A DNA stretch of 64,000 bases from assembly GCA_964057225.1 (NCBI GenBank), contig OZ059895.1, positions 10,540,001 to 10,604,000 of the forward strand, given 5' to 3'. Numbering within the stretch: the stretch's first letter is position 1; the number at the start of each line of letters is the position of its first letter. Below the pieces are notes generated by a model that worked only from the letters and a program-made list of their open reading frames with translations, was not told the origin of the DNA and did no database searches. Positions 13,803-28,028 of the stretch are shown piece by piece. The stretch is from Auanema rhodensis (Eukaryota > Animalia > Nematoda). The position numbers and the translations under genes were made by a program.

Positions 13803-15136
13803 TTATCTGAGAAAATTTGAAAATTAAATAATTGAAAAAGTAAAACAGATTTTGTTAGCACAGAAACATATTGATCATATTTTAAGGCGGGCTCAAGTTG
13901 CTATTTTGTTCGATTTTCATGAGAAAATAAAAATTTTAAAATGTTTATTTTTAGCCCTAGAAATACGTGCAACATCTTACTCAACTCAAAATCAACTGTT
14001 TGATAATATAAATTAGGTTTTGTGAGCATATATCCATAGCAATCATGTTTTGCGGCGGGTTCAACTTGCTATTTCGTTTGATTTTTATGAAAAATTAAAT
14101 ATTCTAAAACTTTTATTTCTTGTCCTAGAAATACGTGCTACATCTCATTAAACTAAGAATTAGTTGATTGAGAAGGCAAAACAAATTTTGTTAGCACAGA
14201 ACCATATTAATCATATTTTCCGGCGGGCTCAAGTTGCTATTTTGTTCGATTTTTATGAAAAAATAAAAATTTTAAATTGTTTATTTTTAGCCCTAGAAAT
14301 ACGTGCAACATCTTATTATCTAAGAAAATTTGAAAATTAAATAAATGAAAAAGTAAAACAGATTTTGTTAGCACAGAAACATATTGATCATATTTTAAGG
14401 CGGGCTCAAGTTGCTATTTTGTTCGATTTCAATGAAAAAATAAAAATTTTAAAATGTTTATTTTTAGCCCTAGAAATACGTGCAACATCTTACTCAACTC
14501 AAAATCAACTGTTTGATAATATAAATTAGGTTTTGTGAGCATATATCCATAGTAATCATGTTTTGCGGCGGTTTCAACTTGCTATTTCGTTTGATTTTTA
14601 TGAAAAATTAAATATTTTAAAAATTTTATTTCTTGTCCTAGAAATACGTGCTACATCTCATTAAACTAAGAATTAGTTGATTGAGAAGGCAAAACAAATT
14701 TTGTTAGCACAGAACCATATTAATCATATTTTCCGGCGGGCTCAAGTTTCTATTTCGTTTGATTTTTATGAAAAATTAAATATTTTCAAATGTTTATTTT
14801 TCGCCCTAGAAATACGTGCAACATCTTATTATCTAAGAAAATTTGAAAATTAAATGATTGATAAAGTAAAACAGATTTTGTTAGCACAGAAACATATTGA
14901 TCATATTTTAAGGCGGGCTCAAGTTGCTATTTTGTTCGATTTTAATGAAAAAATAAAAATTTTAAAATGTTTATTTTTAGCCCTAGAAATACGTGCAACA
15001 TCTTACTCAACTCAAAATCAACTGTTTGATAATATAAATTAGGTTTTGTGAGCATATATCCATAGTAATCATGTTTTGCGGCGGTGTCAACTTGCTATTT
15101 CGTTTGATTTTTATGAAAAATTAAATATTCTAAAAC

Positions 15137-18100
15137 TTTTATTTCTTGTCCTAGAAATACGTGCTACATCTCATTAAACTAAGAATTAGTTGATTGAAAA
15201 GGCAAAACAAATTTTGTGAGCATATATCCATAGTAATCATGTTTTGCGGCGTGCTCAAGTTGCTATTTTGTTCGATTTTTATGAAAAATTAAATATTTTC
15301 AAATGTTTATTTTTCGCCCTAGAAATACGTGCAACATCTTATTATCTAAGAAAACTTGAAAATTAAATGATTGATAAAGTAAAACAGATTTTGTTAGCAC
15401 AGAAACATATTAATCATATTTTACGGCGGGCTCAAGTTGCTATTTTGTTCGATTTTTATGAAAAATTGAAAATTTTAAAATGTTTATTTTTAGCCCTAGA
15501 AATACGTGCAACATCTTATTCAACTCAAAATCAACTGTTTGATAAAATAAATTAGGTTTTGTGAGCATATATCCATAGTAATCATGTTTTGCGGCGGGTT
15601 CAACTTGCTATTTCGTTTGATTTTTATGAAAAATTAAATATTTTAAAAATTTTATTTCTTGTCCTAGAAATACGTGCTACATCTCATTAAACTAAGAATT
15701 AGTTGATTGAGAAGGCAAAACAAATTTTGTTAGCACAGAACCATATTAATCATATTTTCCGGCGGGCTCAAGTTTCTATTTTGTTCGATTTTCATGAAAA
15801 AATAAAAGTTTTAAAATGTTTATTTTTAGCCCTAGAAATAGGTGCAACATCTTATTATCTGAGAAAATTTGAAAATTAAATGATTGAAAAAGTAAAACAG
15901 ATTTTGTTAGCACAGAAAGATATTAATCATATTTTAATTTAAGGCGGGCTCAAGTTGCTATTTTGTTCGATTTTCATGAGAAAATAAAAATTTTAAAATG
16001 TTTATTTTTAGCCCTAGAAATACGTGCAACATCTTATTCAACTCAAAATCAACTGTTTGATAATATAAATTAGGTTTTGTGAGCATATATCCATAGCAAT
16101 CATGTTTTGCGGCGGGTTCAACTTGCTATTTCGTTTGATTTTTATGAAAAATTAAATATTCTAAAACTTTTATTTCTTGTCCTAGAAATACGTGCTACAT
16201 CTCATTAAACTAAGAATTAGTTGATTGAGAAGGCAAAACAAACTTTTTTAGCACAGAACCATATTAATCATATTTTCCGGCGGGCTCAAGTTGCTATTTT
16301 GTTCGATTTTTATGAAAAAATAAAAATTTTAAATTGTTTATTTTTAGCCCTAGAAATACGTGCAACATCTTATTATCTAAGAAAATTTGAAAATTAAATA
16401 ATTGAAAAAGTAAAACAGATTTTGTTAGCACAGAAACATATTGATCATATTTTAAGGCGGGCTCAAGTTGCTATTTTGTTCGATTTTAATGAAAAAATAA
16501 AATTTTAAAATGTTTATTTTTAGCCCTAGAAATACGTGCAACATCTTACTCAACTCAAAATCAACTGTTTGATAATATAAATTAGGTTTTGTGAGCATAT
16601 ATCCATATTAATCATGTTTTGCGGCGGGTTCAACTTGCTATTTCGTTTGATTTTTATGAAAAATTAAATATTCTTAAAATTTTATTTCTTGTCCTAGAAA
16701 TACGTGCTACATCTCTTTAAACTAAGAATTAGTTGATTGAGAAGGCAAAACAGATTTTGTTAGCACAGAAACATATTAATCATATTTTAAGGCGGGCTCA
16801 AGTTGCTATTTTGTTCGATTTTCATGAAAAAATAAAAATTTTAAAATGTTTATTTTTAGCCCTAGAAATACGTGCAACATCTTACTCAATTCAAAATCAA
16901 CTGTTTGATAACAATAATTAGGTTTTGTGAGCATATATCCATAGTAATCATGTTTTGCGGCGGGTTCAACTTGCTATTTCGTTTGATTTTTATGAAAAAT
17001 TAAATATTCTAAAAATTTTATTTCTTGTCCTAGAAATACGTGCTACATCTCATTAAACTAAGAATTAGTTGATTGAAAAGGCAAAACAAATTTTGTGAGC
17101 ATATATCCATAGTAATCATGTTTTGCGGCGTGCTCAAGTTGCTATTTTGTTCGATTTTTATGAAAAATTAAATATTTTCAAATGTTTATTTTTCGCCCTA
17201 GAAATACGTGCAACATCTTATTATCTAAGAAAATTTGAAAATTAAATGATTGAAAAAGTAAAACAGATTTTGTTAGCACAGAAACATATTAATCATATTT
17301 TACGGCGGGCTCAAGTTGCTATTTTGTTCGATTTTTATGAAAAATTGAAAATTTTAAAATGTTTATTTTTAGCCCTAGAAATACGTGCAACATCTTATTC
17401 AACTCAAAATCAACTGTTTGATAAAATAAATTAGGTTTTGTGAGCATATATCCATAGTAATCATGTTTTGCGGCGGGTTCAACTTGCTATTTCGTTTGAT
17501 TTTTATGAAAAATTAAATATTTTAAAAATTTTATTTCTTGTCCTAGAAATACGTGCTACATCTCATTAAACTAAGAATTAGTTGATTGAGAAGGCAAAAC
17601 AAATTTTGTTAGCACAGAACCATATTAATCATATTTTCCGGCGGGCTCAAGTTTCTATTTTGTTCGATTTTCATGAAAAAATAAAAGTTTTAAAATGTTT
17701 ATTTTTAGCCCTAGAAATAGGTGCAACATCTTATTATCTGAGAAAATTTGAAAATTAAATGATTGAAAAAGTAAAACAGATTTTGTTAGCACAGAAAGAT
17801 ATTAATCATATTTTAATTTAAGGCGGGCTCAAGTTGCTATTTTGTTCGATTTTCATGAAAAAATAAAAATTTTAAAATGTTTATTGTTAGCCCTAGAAAT
17901 ACGTGCAACATCTTATTCAACTCAAAATCAACTGTTTGATAATATAAATTAGGTTTTGTGAGCATATATCCATAGCAATCATGTTTTGCGGCGGGTTCAA
18001 CTTGCTATTTCGTTTGATTTTTATGAAAAATTAAATATTCTAAAACTTTTATTTCTTGTCCTAGAAATACGTGCTACATCTCATTAAACTAAGAATTAGT

Positions 18101-20245
18101 TGATTGAGAAGGCAAAACAAACTTTTTTAGCACAGAACCATATTAATCATATTTTCCGGCGGGCTCAAGTTGCTATTTTGTTCGATTTTTATGAAAAAAT
18201 AAAAATTTTAAATTGTTTATTTTTAGCCCTAGAAATACGTGCAACATCTTATTATCTAAGAAAATTTGAAAATTAAATAATTGAAAAAGTAAAACAGATT
18301 TTGTTAGCACAGAAACATATTGATCATATTTTAAGGCGGGCTCAAGTTGCTATTTTGTTCGATTTTAATGAAAAAATAAAATTTTAAAATGTTTATTTTT
18401 AGCCCTAGAAATACGTGCAACATCTTACTCAACTCAAAATCAACTGTTTGATAATATAAATTAGGTTTTGTGAGCATATATCCATATTAATCATGTTTTG
18501 CGGCGGGTTCAACTTGCTATTTCGTTTGATTTTTATGAAAAATTAAATATTCTTAAAATTTTATTTCTTGTCCTAGAAATACGTGCTACATCTCTTTAAA
18601 CTAAGAATTAGTTGATTGAGAAGGCAAAACAGATTTTGTTAGCACAGAAACATATTAATCATATTTTAAGGCGGGCTCAAGTTGCTATTTTGTTCGATTT
18701 TCATGAAAAAATAAAAATTTTAAAATGTTTATTTTTAGCCCTAGAAATACGTGCAACATCTTACTCAATTCAAAATCAACTGTTTGATAACAATAATTAG
18801 GTTTTGTGAGCATATATCCATAGTAATCATGTTTTGCGGCGGGTTCAACTTGCTATTTCGTTTGATTTTTATGAAAAATTAAATATTCTAAAAATTTTAT
18901 TTCTTGTCCTAGAAATACGTGCTACATCTCATTAAACTAAGAATTAGTTGATTGAAAAGGCAAAACAAATTTTGTGAGCATATATCCATAGTAATCATGT
19001 TTTGCGGCGTGCTCAAGTTGCTATTTTGTTCGATTTTTATGAAAAATTAAATATTTTCAAATGTTTATTTTTCGCCCTAGAAATACGTGCAACATCTTAT
19101 TATCTAAGAAAATTTGAAAATTAAATGATTGAAAAAGTAAAACAGATTTTGTTAGCACAGAAACATATTAATCATATTTTACGGCGGGCTCAAGTTGCTA
19201 TTTTGTTCGATTTTTATGAAAAATTGAAAATTTTAAAATGTTTATTTTTAGCCCTAGAAATACGTGCAACATCTTATTCAACTCAAAATCAACTGTTTGA
19301 TAAAATAAATTAGGTTTTGTGAGCATATATCCATAGTAATCATGTTTTGCGGCGGGTTCAACTTGCTATTTCGTTTGATTTTTATGAAAAATTAAATATT
19401 TTAAAAATTTTATTTCTTGTCCTAGAAATACGTGCTACATCTCATTAAACTAAGAATTAGTTGATTGAGAAGGCAAAACAAATTTTGTTAGCACAGAACC
19501 ATATTAATCATATTTTCCGGCGGGCTCAAGTTTCTATTTTGTTCGATTTTCATGAAAAAATAAAAGTTTTAAAATGTTTATTTTTAGCCCTAGAAATAGG
19601 TGCAACATCTTATTATCTGAGAAAATTTGAAAATTAAATGATTGAAAAAGTAAAACAGATTTTGTTAGCACAGAAAGATATTAATCATATTTTAATTTAA
19701 GGCGGGCTCAAGTTGCTATTTTGTTCGATTTTCATGAAAAAATAAAAATTTTAAAATGTTTATTGTTAGCCCTAGAAATACGTGCAACATCTTATTCAAC
19801 TCAAAATCAACTGTTTGATAATATAAATTAGGTTTTGTGAGCATATATCCATAGCAATCATGTTTTGCGGCGGGTTCAACTTGCTATTTCGTTTGATTTT
19901 TATGAAAAATTAAATATTCTAAAACTTTTATTTCTTGTCCTAGAAATACGTGCTACATCTCATTAAACTAAGAATTAGTTGATTGAGAAGGCAAAACAAA
20001 TTTTGTTAGCACAGAACCATATTAATCATATTTTCCGGCGGGCTCAAGTTGCTATTTTGTTCGATTTTTATGAAAAAATAAAAATTTTAAATTGTTTATT
20101 TTTAGCCCTAGAAATACGTGCAACATCTTATTATCTAAGAAAATTTGAAAATTAAATAATTGAAAAAGTAAAACAGATTTTGTTAGCACAGAAACATATT
20201 GATCATATTTTAAGGCGGGCTCAAGTTGCTATTTTGTTCGATTTT
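15137..20245 (+). repeat. Local 11-mer HOR, period 1879 bp, about 2.7 copies
   Basis: ORF starts 15367/17246/19125 and 16733/18612. Private variants GAAATAGGTGC, CAGAAAGATATT and GATAAAATAAA recur. 1879 = 8x168 + 3x177 + a 5-bp insertion - a 1-bp deletion. Confidence 0.9.
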
Positions 20246-20339
20246 TATGAAAAATTGAAAATTTTAAAATGTTTATTTTTAGCCCTAGAAATACGTGCAA
20301 CATCTTATTCAATTCAAAATCAACTGTTTGATAACAATA

Positions 20340-23300
20340 ATTAGGTTTTGTGAGCATATATCCATAGTAATCATGTTTTGCGGCGGGTTCAACTTGCTAT
20401 TTCGTTTGATTTTTATGAAAAATTAAATATTCTAAAAATTTTATTTCTTGTCCTAGAAATACGTGCTACATCTCATTAAACTAAGAATTAGTTGATTGAA
20501 AAGGCAAAACAAATTTTGTTAGCACAGAACCATATTAATCATATTTTCCGGCGGGCTCAAGTTGCTATTTTGTTCGATTTTCATGAAAAAATAAAAATTT
20601 TAAAATGTTTATTTTTAGCCCTAGAAATACGTGCAACATCTTACTCAACTCAAAATTAACTGTTTGATAATATTAATTAGGTTTTGTGAGCATATATCCA
20701 TAGTAATCATGTTTTGCGGCGGGTTCAACTTGCTATTTCGTTTGATTTTTATGAAAAATTAAATATTCTAAGACTTTTATTTCTTGTACTAGAAATACGT
20801 GCTACATCTCATTAAACTAAGAATTAGTTGATTGAGAAGGCAAAACAAATTTTGTTAGCACAGAACCATATTAATCATATTTTCCGGCGGGCTCAAGTTG
20901 CTATTTTGTTCGATTTTCATGAAAAAATAAAAATTTTAAAATGTTTATTTTTAGCCCTAGAAATACGTGCAACATCTTAATATCTAAGAAAATTTGAAAA
21001 TTAAATAATTGAAAAAGTAAAACAGATTTTGTTAGCACAGAAACATAATAATCATATTTTAAGGCGGGCTCAAGTTGCTATTTTGTTCGATTTTCATGAA
21101 AAAATAAAAATTTTAAAATGTTTATTTTTAGCCCTAGAAATACGTGCAACATCTTACTCAACTCAAAATCAACTGTTTGATAATATATATTAGGTTTTGT
21201 GAGCATATATCCATAGTAATCATGTTTTGCGGCGGGTTCAACTTGCTATTTCGTTTAATTTGATGAAAAATTAAATATTCTAAATTTTTTATTTCTTGTC
21301 CTAGAAGTACGTGCTACATCTCATTAAACTAAGAATTAGTTGATTGAAAAGGCAAAACAAATTTGTTAGCACAGAACCATATTAATCATATTTTCCGGCG
21401 GGCTAAAGTTACTATTTTGTTCGATTTTCATGAAAAAATAAAAATTTTAAAATGTTTATTTTTAGCCTCAGAAATACGTGCAACATCTTATTATCTAAGA
21501 AAATTTGAAAATTAAATAATTGAAAAAGTAAAACCGATTTTGTTAGCCCAGAAACATATTAATCATATTTTAAGGCGGGCTCAAGTTGCTATTTTGTTCG
21601 ATTTTCATGAAAAAATAAAAATTTTAAAATGTTTATTTTTAGCCCTAGAAATACGTGCAACATCTTACTCAACTCAAAATCAACTGTTTGATAATATAAA
21701 TTAGGTTTTGTGAGCATATATCCATAGTAATCATGTTTTGCGGCGGGTTCAACTTGCTATTTCGTTTGATTTTTATGAAAAATTAAATATTCTAAAAATT
21801 TTATTTCTTGTCCTAGAAATACGTGCTACATCTCATTAAACTAAGAATTAGTTGATTGAAAAGGCAAAACAAATTTTGTTAGCACAGAACCATATTAATC
21901 ATATTTTCCGGCGGGCTCAAGTTGCTATTTTGTTCGATTTTCATGAAAAAATAAAAATTTTAAAATGTTTATTTTTAGCCCTAGAAATACGTGCAACATC
22001 TTACTCAACTCAAAATTAACTGTTTGATAATATTAATTAGGTTTTGTGAGCATATATCCATAGTAATCATGTTTTGCGGCGGGTTCAACTTGCTATTTCG
22101 TTTGATTTTTATGAAAAATTAAATATTCTAAGACTTTTATTTCTTGTACTAGAAATACGTGCTACATCTCATTAAACTAAGAATTAGTTGATTGAGAAGG
22201 CAAAACAAATTTTGTTAGCACAGAACCATATTAATCATATTTTCCGGCGGGCTCAAGTTGCTATTTTGTTCGATTTTCATGAAAAAATAAAAATTTTAAA
22301 ATGTTTATTTTTAGCCCTAGAAATACGTGCAACATCTTAATATCTAAGAAAATTTGAAAATTAAATAATTGAAAAAGTAAAACAGATTTTGTTAGCACAG
22401 AAACATAATAATCATATTTTAAGGCGGGCTCAAGTTGCTATTTTGTTCGATTTTCATGAAAAAATAAAAATTTTAAAATGTTTATTTTTAGCCCTAGAAA
22501 TACGTGCAACATCTTACTCAACTCAAAATCAACTGTTTGATAATATAAATTAGGTTTTGTGAGCATATATCCATAGTAATCATGTTTTGCGGCGGGTTCA
22601 ACTTGCTATTTCGTTTAATTTGATGAAAAATTAAATATTCTAAATTTTTTATTTCTTGTCCTAGAAGTACGTGCTACATCTCATTAAACTAAGAATTAGT
22701 TGATTGAAAAGGCAAAACAAATTTGTTAGCACAGAACCATATTAATCATATTTTCCGGCGGGCTAAAGTTACTATTTTGTTCGATTTTCATGAAAAAATA
22801 AAAATTTTAAAATGTTTATTTTTAGCCTCAGAAATACGTGCAACATCTTATTATCTAAGAAAATTTGAAAATTAAATAATTGAAAAAGTAAAACCGATTT
22901 TGTTAGCCCAGAAACATATTAATCATATTTTAAGGCGGGCTCAAGTTGCTATTTTGTTCGATTTTCATGAAAAAATAAAAATTTTAAAATGTTTATTTTT
23001 AGCCCTAGAAATACGTGCAACATCTTACTCAACTCAAAATCAACTGTTTGATAATATAAATTAGGTTTTGTGAGCATATATCCATAGTAATCATGTTTTG
23101 CGGCGGGTTCAACTTGCTATTTCGTTTGATTTTTATGAAAAATTAAATATTCTAAATTTTTTATTTCTTGTCCTAGAAGTACGTGCTACATCTCATTAAA
23201 CTAAGAATTAGTTGATTGAAAAGGCAAAACAAATTTGTTAGCACAGAACCATATTAATCATATTTTCCGGCGGGCTAAAGTTGCTATTTTGTTCGATTTT

Positions 23301-24128
23301 CATGAAAAAATAAAAATTTTAAAATGTTTATTTTTAGCCCTAGAAATACGTGCAACATCTTACTCAACTCAAAATTAACTGTTTGATAATATTAATTAGG
23401 TTTTGTGAGCATATATCCATAGTAATCATGTTTTGCGGCGGGTTCAACTTGCTATTTCGTTTGATTTTTATGAAAAATTAAATATTCTAAGACTTTTATT
23501 TCTTGTACTAGAAATACGTGCTACATCTCATTAAACTAAGAATTAGTTGATTGAGAAGGCAAAACAAATTTTGTTAGCACAGAACCATATTAATCATATT
23601 TTCCGGCGGGCTCAAGTTGCTATTTTGTTCGATTTTCATGAAAAAATAAAAATTTTAAAATGTTTATTTTTAGCCCTAGAAATACGTGCAACATCTTAAT
23701 ATCTAAGAAAATTTGAAAATTAAATAATTGAAAAAGTAAAACAGATTTTGTTAGCACAGAAACATAATAATCATATTTTAAGGCGGGCTCAAGTTGCTAT
23801 TTTGTTCGATTTTCATGAAAAAATAAAAATTTTAAAATGTTTATTTTTAGCCCTAGAAATACGTGCAACATCTTACTCAACTCAAAATCAACTGTTTGAT
23901 AATATAAATTAGGTTTTGTGAGCATATATCCATAGTAATCATGTTTTGCGGCGGGTTCAACTTGCTATTTCGTTTAATTTGATGAAAAATTAAATATTCT
24001 AAATTTTTTATTTCTTGTCCTAGAAGTACGTGCTACATCTCATTAAACTAAGAATTAGTTGATTGAAAAGGCAAAACAAATTTGTTAGCACAGAACCATA
24101 TTAATCATATTTTCCGGCGGGCTAAAGT
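20340..24128 (+). repeat. Local 8-mer HOR, period about 1360 bp, about 2.8 copies
   Basis: CAAAATTAACTGTTTGATAATATTAATT at 20651, 22011 and 23370. Private variants CTAAGACTTT, CTTGTACTAG, ACATAATAATC and TTTAATTTGATG recur with it. Confidence 0.88.
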
Positions 24129-24129
24129 T

Positions 24130-27100
24130 TCTATTTTGTTCGATTTTCATGAAAAAATAAAAGTTTTAAAATGTTTATTTTTAGCCCTAGAAATACGTGC
24201 AATATCTTATTATCTGAGAAAATTTGAAAATTAAATGATTGAAAAAGTAAAACAGATTTTGTTAGCACAGAAACATATTAATCATATTTTAATTTAAGGC
24301 GGGCTCAAGTTGCTATTTTGTTCGATTTTCATGAAAAAAAAAAATTTTTAAATGTTTATTTTTAGCCCTAGAAATACGTGCAACATCTTACTCAACTCAA
24401 AATCAACTGTTTGATAATATAAATTAGGTTTTGTGAGCATATATCCATAGTAATCATGTTTTGCGGCGGGTTCAACTTGCTATTTCGTTTGATTTTTATG
24501 AAAAATTAAATATTCTAAAACTTTTATTTCTTGTCCTAGAAGTACGTGCTACATCTCATTAAACTAAGAATTAGTTGATTGAAAAGGCAAAACAAATTTG
24601 TTAGCACAGAACCATATTAATCATATTTTCCGGCGGGCTAAAGTTGCTATTTTGTTCGATTTTCATGAAAAAATAAAAATTTTAAAATGTTTATTTTTAG
24701 CCTCAGAAATACGTGCAACATCTTATTATCTAAGAAAATTTGAAAATTAAATAATTGAAAAAGTAAAACCGATTTTGTTAGCCCAGAAACATATTAATCA
24801 TATTTTAAGGCGGGCTCAAGTTGCTATTTTGTTCGATTTTTATGAAAAAATAAAAATTTTAAAATGTTTATTTTTAGCCCTAGAAATACGTGCAACATCT
24901 TACTCAACTCAAAATCAACTGTTTGATAATATAAATTAGGTTTTGTGAGCATATATCCATAGTAATCATGTTTTGCGGCGGGTTCAACTTGCTATTTCGT
25001 TTGATTTTTATGAAAAATTAAATATTCTAAATTTTTTATTTCTTGTCCTAGAAAAACGTGCTACATCTCATTAAACTAAGAATTAGTTGATTGAAAAGGC
25101 AAAACAAATTTTGTTAGCACAGAACCATATTAATCATATTTTCCGGCGGGCTCAAGTTGCTATTTTGTTCGATTTTCATGAAAAAATAAAAGTTTTAAAA
25201 TGTTTATTTTTAGCCCTAGAAATACGTGCAACATCTTATTATCTAAGAAAATTTGAAAATTAAATAATTGAAAAAGTAAAACAGATTTTGTTAGCCCAGA
25301 AACATATTAATCTTATTTTAAGGCGGGCTCAAGTTGCTATTTTGTTCGATTTTCATGAAAAAATAAAAATTTTAAAATGTTTATTTTTAGCCCTAGAAAT
25401 ACGTGCAACATCTTACTCAACTCAAAATCAACTGTTTGATAATATAAATTAGGTTTTGTGAGCATATATCCATAGCAATCATGTTTTGCGGCGGGTTCAA
25501 CTTGCTATTTCGTTTGATTTTTATGAAAAATTAAATATTCTAAAACTTTTATTTCTTGTCCTAGAAATACGTGCTACATCTCATTAAACTAAGAATTAGT
25601 TGATTGAGAAGGCAAAACAAATTTTGTTAGCACAGAACCATATTAATCATATTTTCCGGCGGGCTCAAGTTGCTATTTTGTTCGATTTTTATGAAAAAAT
25701 AAAAATTTTAAATTGTTTATTTTTAGCCCTAGAAATACGTGCAACATCTTATTATCTAAGAAAATTTGAAAATTAAATAATTGAAAAAGTAAAACAGATT
25801 TTGTTAGCACAGAAACATATTGATCATATTTTAAGGCGGGCTCAAGTTGCTATTTTGTTCGATTTTTATGAAAAATTGAAAATTTTAAAATGTTTATTTT
25901 TAGCCCTAGAAATACGTGCAACATCTTATTCAACTCAAATTCAACTGTTTGATAATATAAATTAGGTTTTGTGAGCATATATCCATAGTAATCATGTTTT
26001 GCGGCGGGTTCAACTTGCTATTTCGTTTGATTTTTATGAAAAATTAAATATTTTAAAAATTTTATTTCTTGTCCTAGAAATACGTGCTACATCTCATTAA
26101 ACTAAGAATTAGTTGATTGAGAAGGCAAAACAAATTTTGTTAGCACAGAACCATATTAATCATATTTTCCGGCGGGCTCAAGTTTCTATTTTGTTCGATT
26201 TTCATGAAAAAATAAAAGTTTTAAAATGTTTATTTTTAGCCCTAGAAATACGTGCAATATCTTATTATCTGAGAAAATTTGAAAATTAAATGATTGAAAA
26301 AGTAAAACAGATTTTGTTAGCACAGAAACATATTAATCATATTTTAATTTAAGGCGGGCTCAAGTTGCTATTTTGTTCGATTTTCATGAAAAAAAAAAAT
26401 TTTTAAATGTTTATTTTTAGCCCTAGAAATACGTGCAACATCTTACTCAACTCAAAATCAACTGTTTGATAATATAAATTAGGTTTTGTGAGCATATATC
26501 CATAGTAATCATGTTTTGCGGCGGGTTCAACTTGCTATTTCGTTTGATTTTTATGAAAAATTAAATATTCTAAAACTTTTATTTCTTGTCCTAGAAGTAC
26601 GTGCTACATCTCATTAAACTAAGAATTAGTTGATTGAAAAGGCAAAACAAATTTGTTAGCACAGAACCATATTAATCATATTTTCCGGCGGGCTAAAGTT
26701 GCTATTTTGTTCGATTTTCATGAAAAAATAAAAATTTTAAAATGTTTATTTTTAGCCTCAGAAATACGTGCAACATCTTATTATCTAAGAAAATTTGAAA
26801 ATTAAATAATTGAAAAAGTAAAACCGATTTTGTTAGCCCAGAAACATATTAATCATATTTTAAGGCGGGCTCAAGTTGCCATTTTGTTCGATTTTCATGA
26901 AAAAATAAAAATTTTAAAATGTTTATTTTTAGCCCTAGAAATACGTGCAACATCTTACTCAACTCAAAATCAACTGTTTGATAATATAAATTAGGTTTTG
27001 TGAGCATATATCCATAGTAATCATGTTTTGCGGCGGGTTCAACTTGCTATTTCGTTTGATTTTTATGAAAAATTAAATATTCTAAATTTTTTATTTCTTG

Positions 27101-27420
27101 TCCTAGAAAAACGTGCTACATCTCATTAAACTAAGAATTAGTTGATTGAAAAGGCAAAACAAATTTTGTTAGCACAGAACCATATTAATCATATTTTCCG
27201 GCGGGCTCAAGTTGCTATTTTGTTCGATTTTCATGAAAAAATAAAAGTTTTAAAATGTTTATTTTTAGCCCTAGAAATACGTGCAACATCTTATTATCTA
27301 AGAAAATTTGAAAATTAAATAATTGAAAAAGTAAAACAGATTTTGTTAGCCCAGAAACATATTAATCTTATTTTAAGGCGGGCTCAAGTTGCTATTTTGT
27401 TCGATTTTCATGAAAAAATA
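24130..27420 (+). repeat. Partial tandem duplication, period 2055 bp (12 monomers)
   Basis: GCAATATCTT (AATAT at 24201/26256), the A11 tract variant, and TAATCTTATTT (25311/27366) all recur at +2055. Confidence 0.85.
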
Positions 27421-28028
27421 AAAGTTTTAAAATGTTTATTTTTAGCCCTAGAAAAACGTGCAACATCTTACTCAACCCAAAATCAACTGTTTGATAATAT
27501 AAATTAGGTTTTGTGAGCATATATCCATAGCAATCATGTTTTGCGGCGGGTTCAACTTGCTATTTCGTTTGATTTTTATGAAAAATTAAATCTTCTAAAA
27601 ATTTTATTTCTTGTCCTAGAAATACGTGCTACATCTCATTAAACTAAGAATTAGTTGATTGAAAAGGCAAAACAAATTTTGTTAGCACAGAACCATATTA
27701 ATCATATTTTCCGGCGGGCTCAAGTTGCTATTTTGCTCGATTTTCATGAAAAAATAAAAATTTTAAAATGTTTATTTTTAGCCCTAGAAATACGTGCAAC
27801 ATCTTACTCAACTCAAAATCAACTGTTTGATAATATAAATTAGATTTTGTGAGCATATATCCATAGTGATCATGTTTTGCGGCGGGTTCAACTTGCTATT
27901 TCGTTTGATTTTTATGAAAAATTAAATATTCTAAAAATTTTATTTCTTGTCCTAGAAATACGTGCTACATCTCTTTAAACTAAGAATTAGTTGATTGAGA
28001 AGGCAAAACAAATTTTGTTAGCACAGAA